Assembly: GCA_031409335.1 (NCBI GenBank) | Contig: JANNWY010000278.1 | Span: 1-64,000 of the forward strand | Length of the DNA stretch: 64,000 bases | Direction of reading: 5' to 3' | Source of the DNA: Chthoniobacteraceae bacterium | GTDB taxonomy: Bacteria > Verrucomicrobiota > Verrucomicrobiia > Chthoniobacterales > Chthoniobacteraceae | Part shown: piece by piece, positions 10,038 through 19,786 of the stretch | Layout of the letters: every line of letters starts with the position of its first letter | Numbering within the stretch: the first letter of the stretch is position 1 | Made by a program: the position numbers and the translations under genes | Notes under the pieces: model-generated | What the model saw: only the letters and a program-made list of their open reading frames with translations | Databases searched by the model: none | Told to the model about the DNA's origin: nothing

Positions 10038-11372
10038 CTATTCGCTGTTTGGCAGACCCTGGATGACCGGCGTCCCAGGCTCATCGGAATCCTTGATGAC
10101 TTGCTCGAGCTGTTTGTAAAAGCCGGGGTAGGACGTGTTCACGCAATCGACATCCTGAACCACCGTTTCGCCTTCGGCAAAAAGCCCGGCAACTGCGAAC
10201 GCCATCGCGATGCGGTGATCGCCGAAGCTCTGCACTCGCGCGCCTTGCAGCCGCACGCCGCCGATGATTTCGAGCCCGTCTTCGCGCTCGGCGACCTGCG
10301 CGCCCATCGCGCGGAGATTCGTCGCGATCGCGCTCAGTCGGTCGGTTTCCTTCACCCGCAATTCTTTTGCATCGCGGATGATCGTCTGCCCGTGTGCGAG
10401 CGCCGCGGCCACGGCGAGGATCGGGATTTCGTCGATGACGTTCGGGATTTCGCGGCCCTCGATCACGGTGCCTTTCAGGCGCGCGCCCTTGATTTCGAGC
10501 GTGCCGAGCGGCTCCGCTTCGTCGTTTTGCACCGCCTCGCGCACGTGCGCATTCATGCGGACGAGCACGTTCACGATGCCAGTCCGCGTTTTGTTGAGGC
10601 CCACGTTTTTCACCAGCAAATGCGAGAACGGATTCGCGGCGGCGGCGACCATCCAAAAGGCCGCGCTGGAGACATCGCCGGGCACCTGGAAATCGCGCGA
10701 CTCCGGCGTGAAGCCGCCGTGGATCGAGACGGTGAGATCCTGCTTTTGCGGGCGGATGAGAAAGTATTCGAGCATCCGCTCCGTGTGATCGCGGCTCTGG
10801 CTCGGCTCGGTGACGCTCGTCTTCCCGTGCGCAAACATGCCCGCGAGCAGCACGGCGCTTTTCACCTGCGCGCTGGCGACGGGCGAGATGTAGTGGATCG
10901 GCGAGAGGCTGCCGCCTTCGATCACGAGCGGCGGACGGTGGTTTTCGCCTTCGGCGGAAATGTTCGCGCCCATCTGCCGCAGCGGTTCGATGACGCGCTT
11001 CATGGGCCGCTGCGAGAGCGACGCGTCGCCGGTGAGCCGGCTGCGAAAGGGCTGCCCTGCAAGGATTCCGGCCAGCAGGCGCATCGTCGTGCCAGAGTTT
11101 CCGCAGTCGATGTCGCCGGTCGGCGCGGTGAAGACGCGGCGCTTTCCATGCACGATCAGCGTCTCATCGTCGGGCCGCTCGATCTCGATGCCGAGCGCGC
11201 GGATCGCGCCGACGGTGGCGAGGCAGTCCTCGCTCGCGAGGAAGCCGCGGATCACGCACGGCCCGTTGCTCATCGCCGCGAGCATCACAGCGCGGTGTGA
11301 AATGCTTTTGTCGCCTGGGACGGTGATTTCGGCGTTGAGCACCGGGGCGCGGCGGATTTTCCAGTCAGACAT
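10038..11372 (-). CDS. aroA: 3-phosphoshikimate 1-carboxyvinyltransferase (EPSP synthase)
   Basis: PGDKSISHRA, CGNSGTTMRL, SAQVKSA, ELRVKETDR, DHRIAMAF. Confidence 0.97.
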   Translation of the reverse strand: MSDWKIRRAPVLNAEITVPGDKSISHRAVMLAAMSNGPCVIRGFLASEDCLATVGAIRALGIEIERPDDETLIVHGKRRVFTAPTGDIDCGNSGTTMRLLAGILAGQPFRSRLTGDASLSQRPMKRVIEPLRQMGANISAEGENHRPPLVIEGGSLSPIHYISPVASAQVKSAVLLAGMFAHGKTSVTEPSQSRDHTERMLEYFLIRPQKQDLTVSIHGGFTPESRDFQVPGDVSSAAFWMVAAAANPFSHLLVKNVGLNKTRTGIVNVLVRMNAHVREAVQNDEAEPLGTLEIKGARLKGTVIEGREIPNVIDEIPILAVAAALAHGQTIIRDAKELRVKETDRLSAIATNLRAMGAQVAEREDGLEIIGGVRLQGARVQSFGDHRIAMAFAVAGLFAEGETVVQDVDCVNTSYPGFYKQLEQVIKDSDEPGTPVIQGLPNSE

Positions 11373-12219
11373 CGGGATTCGCGGGGCGCAGGCCGTCGCG
11401 CAGAGTTTTGGCTTGGTTGAGGAATTCTTTCATCGGTTCTTCGCGGTCGAGCAGTGTGGTGATTTCGCGCAGCTTTTCAATCATCGCCTCCGCACTGGCG
11501 CGGACGGCAGTGCGATTGGTGCGCAGGATTTCAGCCCAGAGCTCGGGCTGGCCGGCGGCGACGCGCGTGGTGTCGAAAAAACCAGGTCCGTGAAAGTCGA
11601 ACGCGGCGGGGTTTTGCGCGGCGACGGTATTGACGAGCGTGGCGGCGAGCAGGTGCGGCAGGTGGCTGATGAGCGCGACGATTTCATCGTGCGCCGCGGG
11701 CGAAAGCGTGCGCACCGCGCAGCCGAGCGCTTTCCAAAACGCGGTCGCGTCCTCGATCGCATCGGGCGCGCTCTCGGCATCGGGCGTGACGATGCAAACG
11801 CGGCCATCGAACAATTCCGCGGATGCGAATTCGTGGCCCGCCTTGTCCGAGCCGGCCATCGGATGACTGCCGATGAAACGCCCGCGCTCGCGGAAAATCG
11901 CGCTGAGTTCCGCGACGACGCCAGCCTTCACGCTGCCGACATCGGTGACGAGCGTTCGCGGCGAAATGCGCGTCACAATTTCGCGCGCCAGCGCAGGCAT
12001 CGCGCCGACCGGGACGCAGAGAACGACCGTATCCGCGTGGGCGACCACTTCGGCGAGATCGCTGGAAACCACGTCCACGATTTCACGCGCCCGCAATTCC
12101 TCCACGATCGCGGGTCGCCGCGCCCAGATGGAGACGTGCGCGAGTGGAGCGCGCATCGCCGAGAGGGCGATGGACGTGCCGAGCAGGCCGGGGCCGACGA
12201 TGGCGATGCGATCCAACAT
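11365..12219 (-). CDS. tyrA: Prephenate/arogenate dehydrogenase
   Basis: GPGLLGTS, TDVGSVK, HPMAGS, HD...SHLPH; ATG at 12219. Confidence 0.92.
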   Translation of the reverse strand: MLDRIAIVGPGLLGTSIALSAMRAPLAHVSIWARRPAIVEELRAREIVDVVSSDLAEVVAHADTVVLCVPVGAMPALAREIVTRISPRTLVTDVGSVKAGVVAELSAIFRERGRFIGSHPMAGSDKAGHEFASAELFDGRVCIVTPDAESAPDAIEDATAFWKALGCAVRTLSPAAHDEIVALISHLPHLLAATLVNTVAAQNPAAFDFHGPGFFDTTRVAAGQPELWAEILRTNRTAVRASAEAMIEKLREITTLLDREEPMKEFLNQAKTLRDGLRPANPDV

Positions 12220-12224
12220 GACGT

Positions 12225-12271
12225 GAAAGAAAAGCCCGGCCCGAAAACACAAACGCTTTCAGGCCGGGCTT
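12225..12271 (-). terminator. Intrinsic terminator-like hairpin
   Basis: Minus strand reads AAGCCCGGCCTGAAA...TTTCGGGCCGGGCTT followed by TTCTTTC. Confidence 0.65.
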
Positions 12272-12293
12272 CGGGGATCGGGGGGCGCGTGCC

Positions 12294-12683
12294 TTATGGG
12301 ACGAGGAAAATTTTTCCGGTGTACGGATCTTTTACTTCAGTCGCGGGGCCGAAGCCGCGCACATCCACGTATCCGGCAGCCGGCGCATACGGGCTGGTGA
12401 CGAAACCGGGTTTCCCGGGGACCGGCTTGCCGTATTCGTAATTCTTGGGTCCCTGCGGCTGCGTCGTTGGCGGCGGGTTGTCGTTGGTCGGGTTGTTCGG
12501 CTCGTCATTCTTCGGCGCAGGTTTTTCATCCGGCTCTTCGTCCCGCGTGTCGCGCGTCGGCGGAGGCTGCGGAGGCTGGTGAAAACCACCCTTTTTTTGC
12601 GGCTTCGGCTCCTGCTTGGGAGCGCAGGCGGTCATCGAGACGACGCAGAGTGCCGTGGCTGTGAGAAGAAAGTATCGCTTCAT
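12294..12683 (-). CDS. Putative lipoprotein with a Pro-rich linker and a compact C-terminal domain
   Basis: Signal peptide with lipobox-like MTAC; C-terminal [15 protein letters not shown]...[11 protein letters not shown]. Confidence 0.75.
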   Translation of the reverse strand: MKRYFLLTATALCVVSMTACAPKQEPKPQKKGGFHQPPQPPPTRDTRDEEPDEKPAPKNDEPNNPTNDNPPPTTQPQGPKNYEYGKPVPGKPGFVTSPYAPAAGYVDVRGFGPATEVKDPYTGKIFLVP

Positions 12684-12874
12684 AATTCTTCGAGTGGATT
12701 AGTGGAATCAGTGGGGCGTGACAACGGAAATCTCCCGGCATCTCAGCGCTGACGCATCAAAACGAGTTGCCATTTCGACCGAAGCGCAGGCGGAAAGGTG
12801 GGCGGAGCGTAGTGGAGAAATAACAGCTTTTGGATTTGAACTCTTGGCCTTGCCCGGCTTCTCCACCTTGCGCC

Positions 12875-13927
12875 TCAAAACTCCAGCCCGACGATTCCGC
12901 TGCCAGGCTGAATCTCGCCGATCACGCGCCCTTTCGTCCGCCGGACGACTTCCGCAGCGTCCTTTTCCGCGACGATGATCGTCATGCCGATTCCCATGTT
13001 AAACACTTGGAACATTTCCGCGTGATCCACCTTCCCGCCTTTCTCGATGTGCTGGAAAATCGCGGGCGTCTTCCACGCCAGCGTGTCGATCACCGCGTCG
13101 CACGTCTTTGGCAGGACGCGCGGAAGATTATCGACGAGCCCGCCGCCAGTGATGTGCGCGAGCCCTTTCACCAAGCCCGCAGGCAGGCTCGCGAGCAGCG
13201 GCTGGTAGTTGCGATGCACCCGGAGCAATTCATCGCCAAGCGTCTTCGCCACCCCCGCGAGCTTCGCGGCAGGCGCGAGTTTCATCTTCTCGAAAAGCAC
13301 CTTTCGCGCGAGCGAGTAGCCGTTGGTGTGCAGACCGTTTGACGCGAGACCGACGATCAAATCGCCGGGTTTGATGCGCGCGCCGTCGATCATTTTCGGC
13401 CGATCCACGACGCCGACGATCGTGCCGGCGAGATCGTATTCGCCCGCTTTATACATCCCCGGCATCTGTGCCGTCTCGCCGCCGACCAGCGCGCAGCCCG
13501 CCGCTTTGCAGGCTTTGGCGAAACCCTTGAGCAACTGCGCGAACACGCGCGGCTCCAGGTTTTCCGCGCCGATGTAATCCAGAAAAAACAACGGCCTCGC
13601 GCCAAGCACCGCGATGTCATTCACGCAATGATTCACGAGGTCCTGCCCCATCGTGTCATGCCGGTCGAGCGCGAACGCGACCTTCAATTTCGTGCCCACG
13701 CCATCGACGCTCGAAACCAAAACGGGATCGCGCATTCCCTTGAAATTCGGACGAAACAGCCCGCCAAATCCGCCGATTTTCCCGAGCACTTCCGGCCCGT
13801 GCGTCCCCTTCACCAGCGCATGGATGCCGCTCTTCACGCGATTCCCCAAATCCACATCGACGCCGGCAGCCGCGTAGGCTTTTTTGGATTGCGGACTATG
13901 GATTGCGGGTTGCGGATGGGAAGCCAT
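12875..13927 (-). CDS. purM: Phosphoribosylformylglycinamidine cyclo-ligase
   Basis: YAAAGVD, DGVGTKL, GGETAQMPG, SNGLHTNGYSL, HITGGG, FNMGIGM. Confidence 0.97.
   Translation of the reverse strand: MASHPQPAIHSPQSKKAYAAAGVDVDLGNRVKSGIHALVKGTHGPEVLGKIGGFGGLFRPNFKGMRDPVLVSSVDGVGTKLKVAFALDRHDTMGQDLVNHCVNDIAVLGARPLFFLDYIGAENLEPRVFAQLLKGFAKACKAAGCALVGGETAQMPGMYKAGEYDLAGTIVGVVDRPKMIDGARIKPGDLIVGLASNGLHTNGYSLARKVLFEKMKLAPAAKLAGVAKTLGDELLRVHRNYQPLLASLPAGLVKGLAHITGGGLVDNLPRVLPKTCDAVIDTLAWKTPAIFQHIEKGGKVDHAEMFQVFNMGIGMTIIVAEKDAAEVVRRTKGRVIGEIQPGSGIVGLEF
13886..13920. repeat. 7-bp tandem repeat in the 5' end of purM
   Basis: GGATTGC GGACTAT GGATTGC GGGTTGC GGATGGG. Confidence 0.55.
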
Positions 13928-13982
13928 GGAAACGAAGGGCCGCGAGGCTACCGCCGGTCCACGCGAGGTCAAGGCGCGCGTT

Positions 13983-14705
13983 CTACTTCGCGCGGGCGAT
14001 GGCGATCAGGCTCTGGCCGATCGGCGGGCGGACGAAGGTGGATTCGAGGAAATGCACGGCGGGAAAAATCATCCGGTCGTAAAAACGCACCTTGCCCACT
14101 TCAAAGATGCGCTTCTTCAGCACGCGAAAATTCAGCCACCACGCGAAGTAGCCGACGAAATTGAAGTAATAAAGTTGCACCACTTCAAAACCTGCCGTCT
14201 CCAGTTTGCCGCGCAGTTCGGGCCGCGTGTAGCGGCGGAAATGGCCGAAGTCCTGGTCGATGGGTGCGTAGATTTCCGGTCGCGCCGGGACGAGCACGCA
14301 GAAATGGCCCGAGCGTTCGCGCAGCAGCGCGGAGTAACGCGCGAGTTCACGCGCATCGCCCTCGATGTGTTCGAGAACGTTGATGCTCAAAATCGCATTC
14401 CACGCGGCCCCGGGCGGCGCGTTTTCGATCGTGCCTTCGTAGAGTTCGTGCCCGGGAAATTGCGCGCGATGCTGCTGGCTGAGTCGCGCCTCCGGCTCGA
14501 TCGCGATGAGTCGCGAGATGCCGCGCAGTTCGCGCAGATGCGCGGTCATTTGCCCGATGCCCGCGCCGATTTCGATGACGTTTCCGGCGAGGTATTTTCG
14601 GAACTCATGAATCAGCGCGTTGCGATAGTTCGCGGCTTCGCGCAAGGCATCGAACTCGAAGTCCGCGCTGCTCGCCGCGGCGTTGGGGACAGGCTCGGGT
14701 TTCAC
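13983..14705 (-). CDS. Class I SAM-dependent methyltransferase
   Basis: IEIGAGIG, NVLEHIE, GHFRRY. Confidence 0.88.
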   Translation of the reverse strand: MKPEPVPNAAASSADFEFDALREAANYRNALIHEFRKYLAGNVIEIGAGIGQMTAHLRELRGISRLIAIEPEARLSQQHRAQFPGHELYEGTIENAPPGAAWNAILSINVLEHIEGDARELARYSALLRERSGHFCVLVPARPEIYAPIDQDFGHFRRYTRPELRGKLETAGFEVVQLYYFNFVGYFAWWLNFRVLKKRIFEVGKVRFYDRMIFPAVHFLESTFVRPPIGQSLIAIARAK

Positions 14706-15424
14706 CGCAGGAAGTTATATTTGACGATGCAGCGGATGGCGCTAACGCCATCGCGCCAGCCGATTTTTTTCCCATCGGCGTAAGTCCGCCCATAGTAGGA
14801 AATCGGCACCTCATAAATGCGCACGCCGAGCCGCGCGATCTTCGCCGTGATCTCCGGCTCAAAGCCGAAACGCGACTCCTCGATGGTGATGCTTTGCAGC
14901 ACCTCGCGCCGGAAAACTTTGTAGCAAGTTTCCATGTCGGAAAGGTTCAGATTGGTCGCCATATTGGAAAACGTGGTGAGCGCCCGATTGCCGACGGAGT
15001 GCCAGAAATAAAGCACGCGGTGCGCGCCCGCCCCGGCGAATCGCGAGCCGAAAACCACATCGGCGCGCGCGGAAAGAATCGGCGCGATGAGCGTTTCATA
15101 TTCATTCGGATCGTATTCCAAATCCGCGTCCTGGATGAGCACGAGCGCGCCGCTGGCCTGGCCGATGCCCGTGCGCAACGCCGCGCCCTTCCCCTGATTC
15201 ACGGAGTGGCGCACGGTCTTGATCCGCGGATCGAGGGAAGCCAGCTTTTCAAGCGCCTGCCACGAGCCATCCGTGGAGCAATCATCGACGACGATGAGTT
15301 CGCAGACGCAGGGTTGTTTGAGCACCACCGAGACGACATCCGCGACGGTCGCCGCTTCATTGAAGACCGGCATGACGATGGAAACACAAGCGGAAGTCGA
15401 TGGCACGGTAGCAAAGCGAAGCAA
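14702..15424 (-). CDS. GT2 glycosyltransferase (polyprenol-phosphate sugar synthase-like)
   Basis: MPVFNE, VDDCSTDGS, NQGKGAA, QDADLEYDP, DMETCYK, FGFEPE. Confidence 0.92.
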   Translation of the reverse strand: MLRFATVPSTSACVSIVMPVFNEAATVADVVSVVLKQPCVCELIVVDDCSTDGSWQALEKLASLDPRIKTVRHSVNQGKGAALRTGIGQASGALVLIQDADLEYDPNEYETLIAPILSARADVVFGSRFAGAGAHRVLYFWHSVGNRALTTFSNMATNLNLSDMETCYKVFRREVLQSITIEESRFGFEPEITAKIARLGVRIYEVPISYYGRTYADGKKIGWRDGVSAIRCIVKYNFLR

Positions 15425-15466
15425 AAACCCTTCCCTAAGTCCACGACTCCCGCTGCTGCGCGGGAT

Positions 15467-17272
15467 TCATCGCAATTCTTGCGGCTCGCACTGGAAAATG
15501 CGGACATCCTTTTCCTCATACACCAACCGCCCCGCACCTGTGGCTGGCCATGAGAAGCCGCTGCCATGGAAGTTCAGGTCAAAGACATGGGTGACGCCAA
15601 GTCTGGGTATCGCCCCCACCGCGTCCGCCACGGAATGAATGTCGGCGTGAGGCTGTACACCGAAGCGCCCGATCGCCACGGTGTAAGGCTTTTTCAGGTA
15701 GTAGGCGGTCGAGAAAGGATGGCAGAAGAACACTTTTTTCACTTCCGGTTGGGAGTTGAGATACTCAAATGCGTCATGATGCGGCACGCCTTCCCGGAAA
15801 CGTTTTTCCGCATGAGTCGGCGAGATCACCGAGTGCAACCGACCCTTGCGGCTTGAAAACGCGTGGGCGCTGCCGAGCGCGAGGGAGATGCCGATCGCGG
15901 TGAAAGCGGGCCAGCGGCTGAGTTTTCTCCGCTCTCTCAGGAGCGCCTCCGCACCCACTCCGGCGAATGCGCTAAAGATTCCGACGGCAGGATCGAGGAA
16001 GCGGAACTCCTGATCCGAGTAGAACCAAAACATCGTGAGCATGGCTCCCAAAGTGGCCCACGCCGCACCCGCGCGTTGTTTCCACAGCATCGCGAGAGCG
16101 ACCGGTCCGAACGCGAGCGGTGCCAAACCGATGCCACCACCGCCGTGAAACCACGCGGTCCAATAGGTCAGGCGAAATGGCAGCAGCAATAAATCATCAA
16201 GACTTCTCCCAAAGCCCGCCCCGCGCTTGACGAGCGTGGCGGTGAGTTCTTTGGACGCTTCGAGGGGGAAAGTCGGTGTTGAGAAGAAATGCCACGTTAC
16301 TGGCGGCGGCGGATAGATGGGATTGCCCAGCACCAGCCAATTCCGCACATACCACGCACCGCCCGCGACGGCGGAGGCCATTGCAAACGCGAATGCAAGC
16401 CGCAAGCGAGAAGCTGCGTTGCCAGTTTGAAAAACCACGATCAGCAACGCGATCAGCATCGTCGCCGGCAGGCCGAAATACTTCGTCCCCGCGGCAAACC
16501 CCGCGAACATCCCAGCCAGCATCGCCTGCCGCGGCTGCAAACCCTCGAAAGCCAGTCGCGCAGCCGCGAGAACGAACGCCGCATAAGGGATATCGACGAA
16601 GCATTTATCCACCGTGGAAGTCACCGCCGGCATCCCGGCAATGAACGCAGCCGCCAGATCCCCGCCGAGCACACCACTGCCGAGTCGGCGAGCCAGCCCC
16701 CGCACTTGCAGGACAAAAACTCCAAAAAATAGCGCGCCGAGTGCCCCTGGTGCGTTGTCGTTTGAGATCACACTCACGAGCCCGCACAATACCTCGATAG
16801 TGGCGGGAAAGGACGTGAGCGATTCCTCCAGAACAGGCGCGATCCGCTGCTCCCGCAGCCAGATCGGTGGCCCCAGCAAATGATAGGAAATCTCGTCCGC
16901 ATCCGAGTCTCCGACCGGTCTTGCAAAGCCACTGATGACGCAGAGAAGGACAATCAACCCCGAAAACGCGAGCCAGGGTGATACGGAAAGTCGCCAGGGT
17001 GGGCGCCACCGAAATCGAAAGTTCAGCAGGCTGGCAGCCACCAAGATCACCACGCAGGTGGACACGGAGAAATAGAGCATGCCCGCAAGAAAAACAAAAA
17101 GTCCCAGCAAACCCGCCCCACCCAGCAAACGCAGTGCGGCGAACTCCGAGTCCAGCAAGTTTCCCGTCTCACTCAGGTGTCGGTGAAAGAAACCGCCAAT
17201 GCCCCACGCGGCAATCACCGCAAAAATCACTGCCACCGCAGCCAAGACAATCTGCGTGTAGTGGTGAATCAT
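15467..17272 (-). CDS. Polytopic membrane protein, probable GT-C fold glycosyltransferase
   Basis: More than 10 TM segments; D-x3-YHL luminal loop, AGTKY, WYVRNWLVLGNPIYP; start codon uncertain. Confidence 0.7.
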   Translation of the reverse strand: MIHHYTQIVLAAVAVIFAVIAAWGIGGFFHRHLSETGNLLDSEFAALRLLGGAGLLGLFVFLAGMLYFSVSTCVVILVAASLLNFRFRWRPPWRLSVSPWLAFSGLIVLLCVISGFARPVGDSDADEISYHLLGPPIWLREQRIAPVLEESLTSFPATIEVLCGLVSVISNDNAPGALGALFFGVFVLQVRGLARRLGSGVLGGDLAAAFIAGMPAVTSTVDKCFVDIPYAAFVLAAARLAFEGLQPRQAMLAGMFAGFAAGTKYFGLPATMLIALLIVVFQTGNAASRLRLAFAFAMASAVAGGAWYVRNWLVLGNPIYPPPPVTWHFFSTPTFPLEASKELTATLVKRGAGFGRSLDDLLLLPFRLTYWTAWFHGGGGIGLAPLAFGPVALAMLWKQRAGAAWATLGAMLTMFWFYSDQEFRFLDPAVGIFSAFAGVGAEALLRERRKLSRWPAFTAIGISLALGSAHAFSSRKGRLHSVISPTHAEKRFREGVPHHDAFEYLNSQPEVKKVFFCHPFSTAYYLKKPYTVAIGRFGVQPHADIHSVADAVGAIPRLGVTHVFDLNFHGSGFSWPATGAGRLVYEEKDVRIFQCEPQELR

Positions 17273-17672
17273 TTCCCCATCAGGCTCCGCAAAGTCGCCG
17301 AACCCAAAACGGTGAAAACGAAATAGCCGACAAGCACAGCAACCACCCACCAATCTGCGAAATGGATGCTGGATTTCGGCGGTCGTCTATCGTCCATGAT
17401 ATCGCGCAAATGGGTCGATCGCCGCGGTAAAACGATCTCGGCCGCCAAGTTCCGTCACGCTAAAGAACATTCTGAACATTTGGATGGAATCGTGTGAATT
17501 TGATAATCGGAGGCATCTCACACCGCAAGCAAGGACATCATCAGGACGTGCAAAGACTCCGCAAAGTGGGTGCCTGAAGGCGAACCAACCGCGCAGGCCG
17601 CATTGGATAATGGCTTGATTCCGAACGGCTCAATCCGAAAGCTCGCCCCGAAACAACTCTCCTGCCTCATCA

Positions 17673-18722
17673 ATGCCCACCAGACCTGCCGGAGAACTGC
17701 AAGCACTCACTGGTCTGCGGGGCATCGCAGCGCTGACCGTATTCATCGCCCACGCTCGATTCTATGAGATGGCACCCGTTTTGCGACCGGCGCTGATTTT
17801 TTTTGAATGGCATGCTCTTGCCGTCGATTTGTTCTTCATGCTCAGCGGCTTCATGCTGGTTCATGTCTATTCGACCAAGCTTGGACCGAAGCTCGGAAAA
17901 AGCTGGAAGTCCTACTTCGCCGCCCGGTTTGCGCGAATCGTCCCGCTATATCTGGCAACCCTCATGGCGTGTTTGGGCATCTTTGCCGCGGGAAGCCTTA
18001 TCCTTGGCAGATGGCCTGCTCACGTTACCTGGGACGTTGTAGTCACCAACTTGTTCTTACTCCAGGGCTGGCCAGGGCTTTATCACATGAGCCTCAACAC
18101 TCCGTCTTGGTCACTGAGTGTAGAGGCGTTTTGCTACATCTTTATGATGCCACTCGCCTTGCTGGCTGATCACCGTGTGAATCGAAAATGGATCGTCACG
18201 CTAGTGGTTGTTTCGCTTGTCATCTGGCGCGCAAGCATGTCTGGCAGCGATTCCGGATGGATCGGGTTGTTCCGTGGCATTAGTGGGTTTCTCGCTGGCT
18301 CCTTGATCCACAAGCTCTATCCACTGAAAAATCCTGGGACCACGAACTTGACGACGAGTATCGCGATCGTTCTTTTCTTGGTTTCGCAATCGCTTGTCGC
18401 CTGGGGAGGGTTCCCAAAGATCTTGCCGCTGTTTTCCTTCCCATTCCTGATCCTTGGCTTGGCGAGCAATGCCCGCAGCGTGTCGCATGTTTTCTTCAAG
18501 AGCCCGGTCATGCTCTGGCTCGGCGATATCTCCTACTCGGTGTATCTTTGGCACGGCGCGGTTTTCCTAGCCACCCACAATGTCATCCGACCAAAGTTGA
18601 TGACGATGTCCACGCCCGTTCACGTAGCATGGATCATGTTTGAGTTTACATTTGTACTCTGGATTTCGCATATCTCGTTCCATCGGTTCGAGCTCCCGAT
18701 GCGAAAGGCGCTGAGATCGTGA
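17673..18722 (+). CDS. Acyltransferase 3 family O-acyltransferase
   Basis: LTGLRGIAA, AVDLFFMLSGF, RFARIVPLY, WSLSVE, LGDISYSVYLWH. Confidence 0.92.
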   Translation: MPTRPAGELQALTGLRGIAALTVFIAHARFYEMAPVLRPALIFFEWHALAVDLFFMLSGFMLVHVYSTKLGPKLGKSWKSYFAARFARIVPLYLATLMACLGIFAAGSLILGRWPAHVTWDVVVTNLFLLQGWPGLYHMSLNTPSWSLSVEAFCYIFMMPLALLADHRVNRKWIVTLVVVSLVIWRASMSGSDSGWIGLFRGISGFLAGSLIHKLYPLKNPGTTNLTTSIAIVLFLVSQSLVAWGGFPKILPLFSFPFLILGLASNARSVSHVFFKSPVMLWLGDISYSVYLWHGAVFLATHNVIRPKLMTMSTPVHVAWIMFEFTFVLWISHISFHRFELPMRKALRS

Positions 18723-18846
18723 ATGAAATACCATGACTTCACAGTGCTTCTGAGTGGACAAGACTTGACGGCTTTTCGTGCGAGTCACACGTTGAGCATT
18801 TCAATTTCGCCATGCACCGCTCTCGATTCTTCAACGAGCTATCACC

Positions 18847-19773
18847 ATGAGTTCTGCCGTTTGCACGCTGTTTGAAGGCGACTACCACCATGGTCTCGCT
18901 GGGTTGGTGAACTCTTTGCATCGGCACGGCTACCGGGGCAATCTTTGGGCTGGTTATCGCGGTGCGTTGCCGCCATGGGTCTGCGATATGAAGGGAAAGG
19001 ATGGGGATCAGGCGTTCGAGGCTGCGGAGGGCCTGACGATTCGATTTCTCAAAGTCGAAACTCAGCGGCACTTCACCAACTACAAGCCTGAATTCATGAA
19101 CCACCTGCGGCTGAACCACGCGAAGGATTTGGGCATGATGTTCTATTTTGACCCGGATATAGTTCTAAAGACGAAATGGAAATTCATCGAGCAGTGGGCG
19201 GGCTGCGGAGTGGCCTTGTGCGAGGATGTTAATTCACCCATGCATTCCACCCACCCGATCCGGATGCGGTGGAGCCGTTTCTGCGCTTCGCATGGCTTCA
19301 CGGTCGCGCGGGTGTTAGATGTCTATGTGAATGGTGGCTTCGTCGGTGTGTCGCAAGGCGACTGGGAGTTTGTCGAAACCTGGAAGCGTTTGCTGGACCT
19401 GATGGAATCGGAGGCAAGCGGCCTTTCCAAGTTGGGGATCAGCGATCGCAGTCACCTCTTTCACAAGCCGGATCAGGATGCGCTCAATATCGCGGCGATG
19501 TTTTCCCACAGGCCGGTTAGCATTGTTGGCCGAGAGGGTATGGACTTCATTCCGGGAGGCTATCTCCTGTCGCACGCGCTGGGGACTTGCAAGCCGTGGA
19601 GAAAGTCGTTCGTCCGTGAAGCCTTGCGAGGCTATCCGCCAACGATGGCGGATCATTCGTTCATGCAGCATACAGCGTCTCCTATCAATCTCTTCACGCC
19701 CGCGGTGCGATGCTTGAAACAACTCGACCTCCAAATCGGTTGCGCCATCGGCCGCTTCTATTCCCGGCAATGA
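18847..19773 (+). CDS. Putative GT-A fold glycosyltransferase (GT8-like)
   Basis: YFDPDI (DxD), YVNGGF, DQDALN, H...KPW. Confidence 0.65.
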   Translation: MSSAVCTLFEGDYHHGLAGLVNSLHRHGYRGNLWAGYRGALPPWVCDMKGKDGDQAFEAAEGLTIRFLKVETQRHFTNYKPEFMNHLRLNHAKDLGMMFYFDPDIVLKTKWKFIEQWAGCGVALCEDVNSPMHSTHPIRMRWSRFCASHGFTVARVLDVYVNGGFVGVSQGDWEFVETWKRLLDLMESEASGLSKLGISDRSHLFHKPDQDALNIAAMFSHRPVSIVGREGMDFIPGGYLLSHALGTCKPWRKSFVREALRGYPPTMADHSFMQHTASPINLFTPAVRCLKQLDLQIGCAIGRFYSRQ

Positions 19774-19786
19774 GCAATCTTCTACT

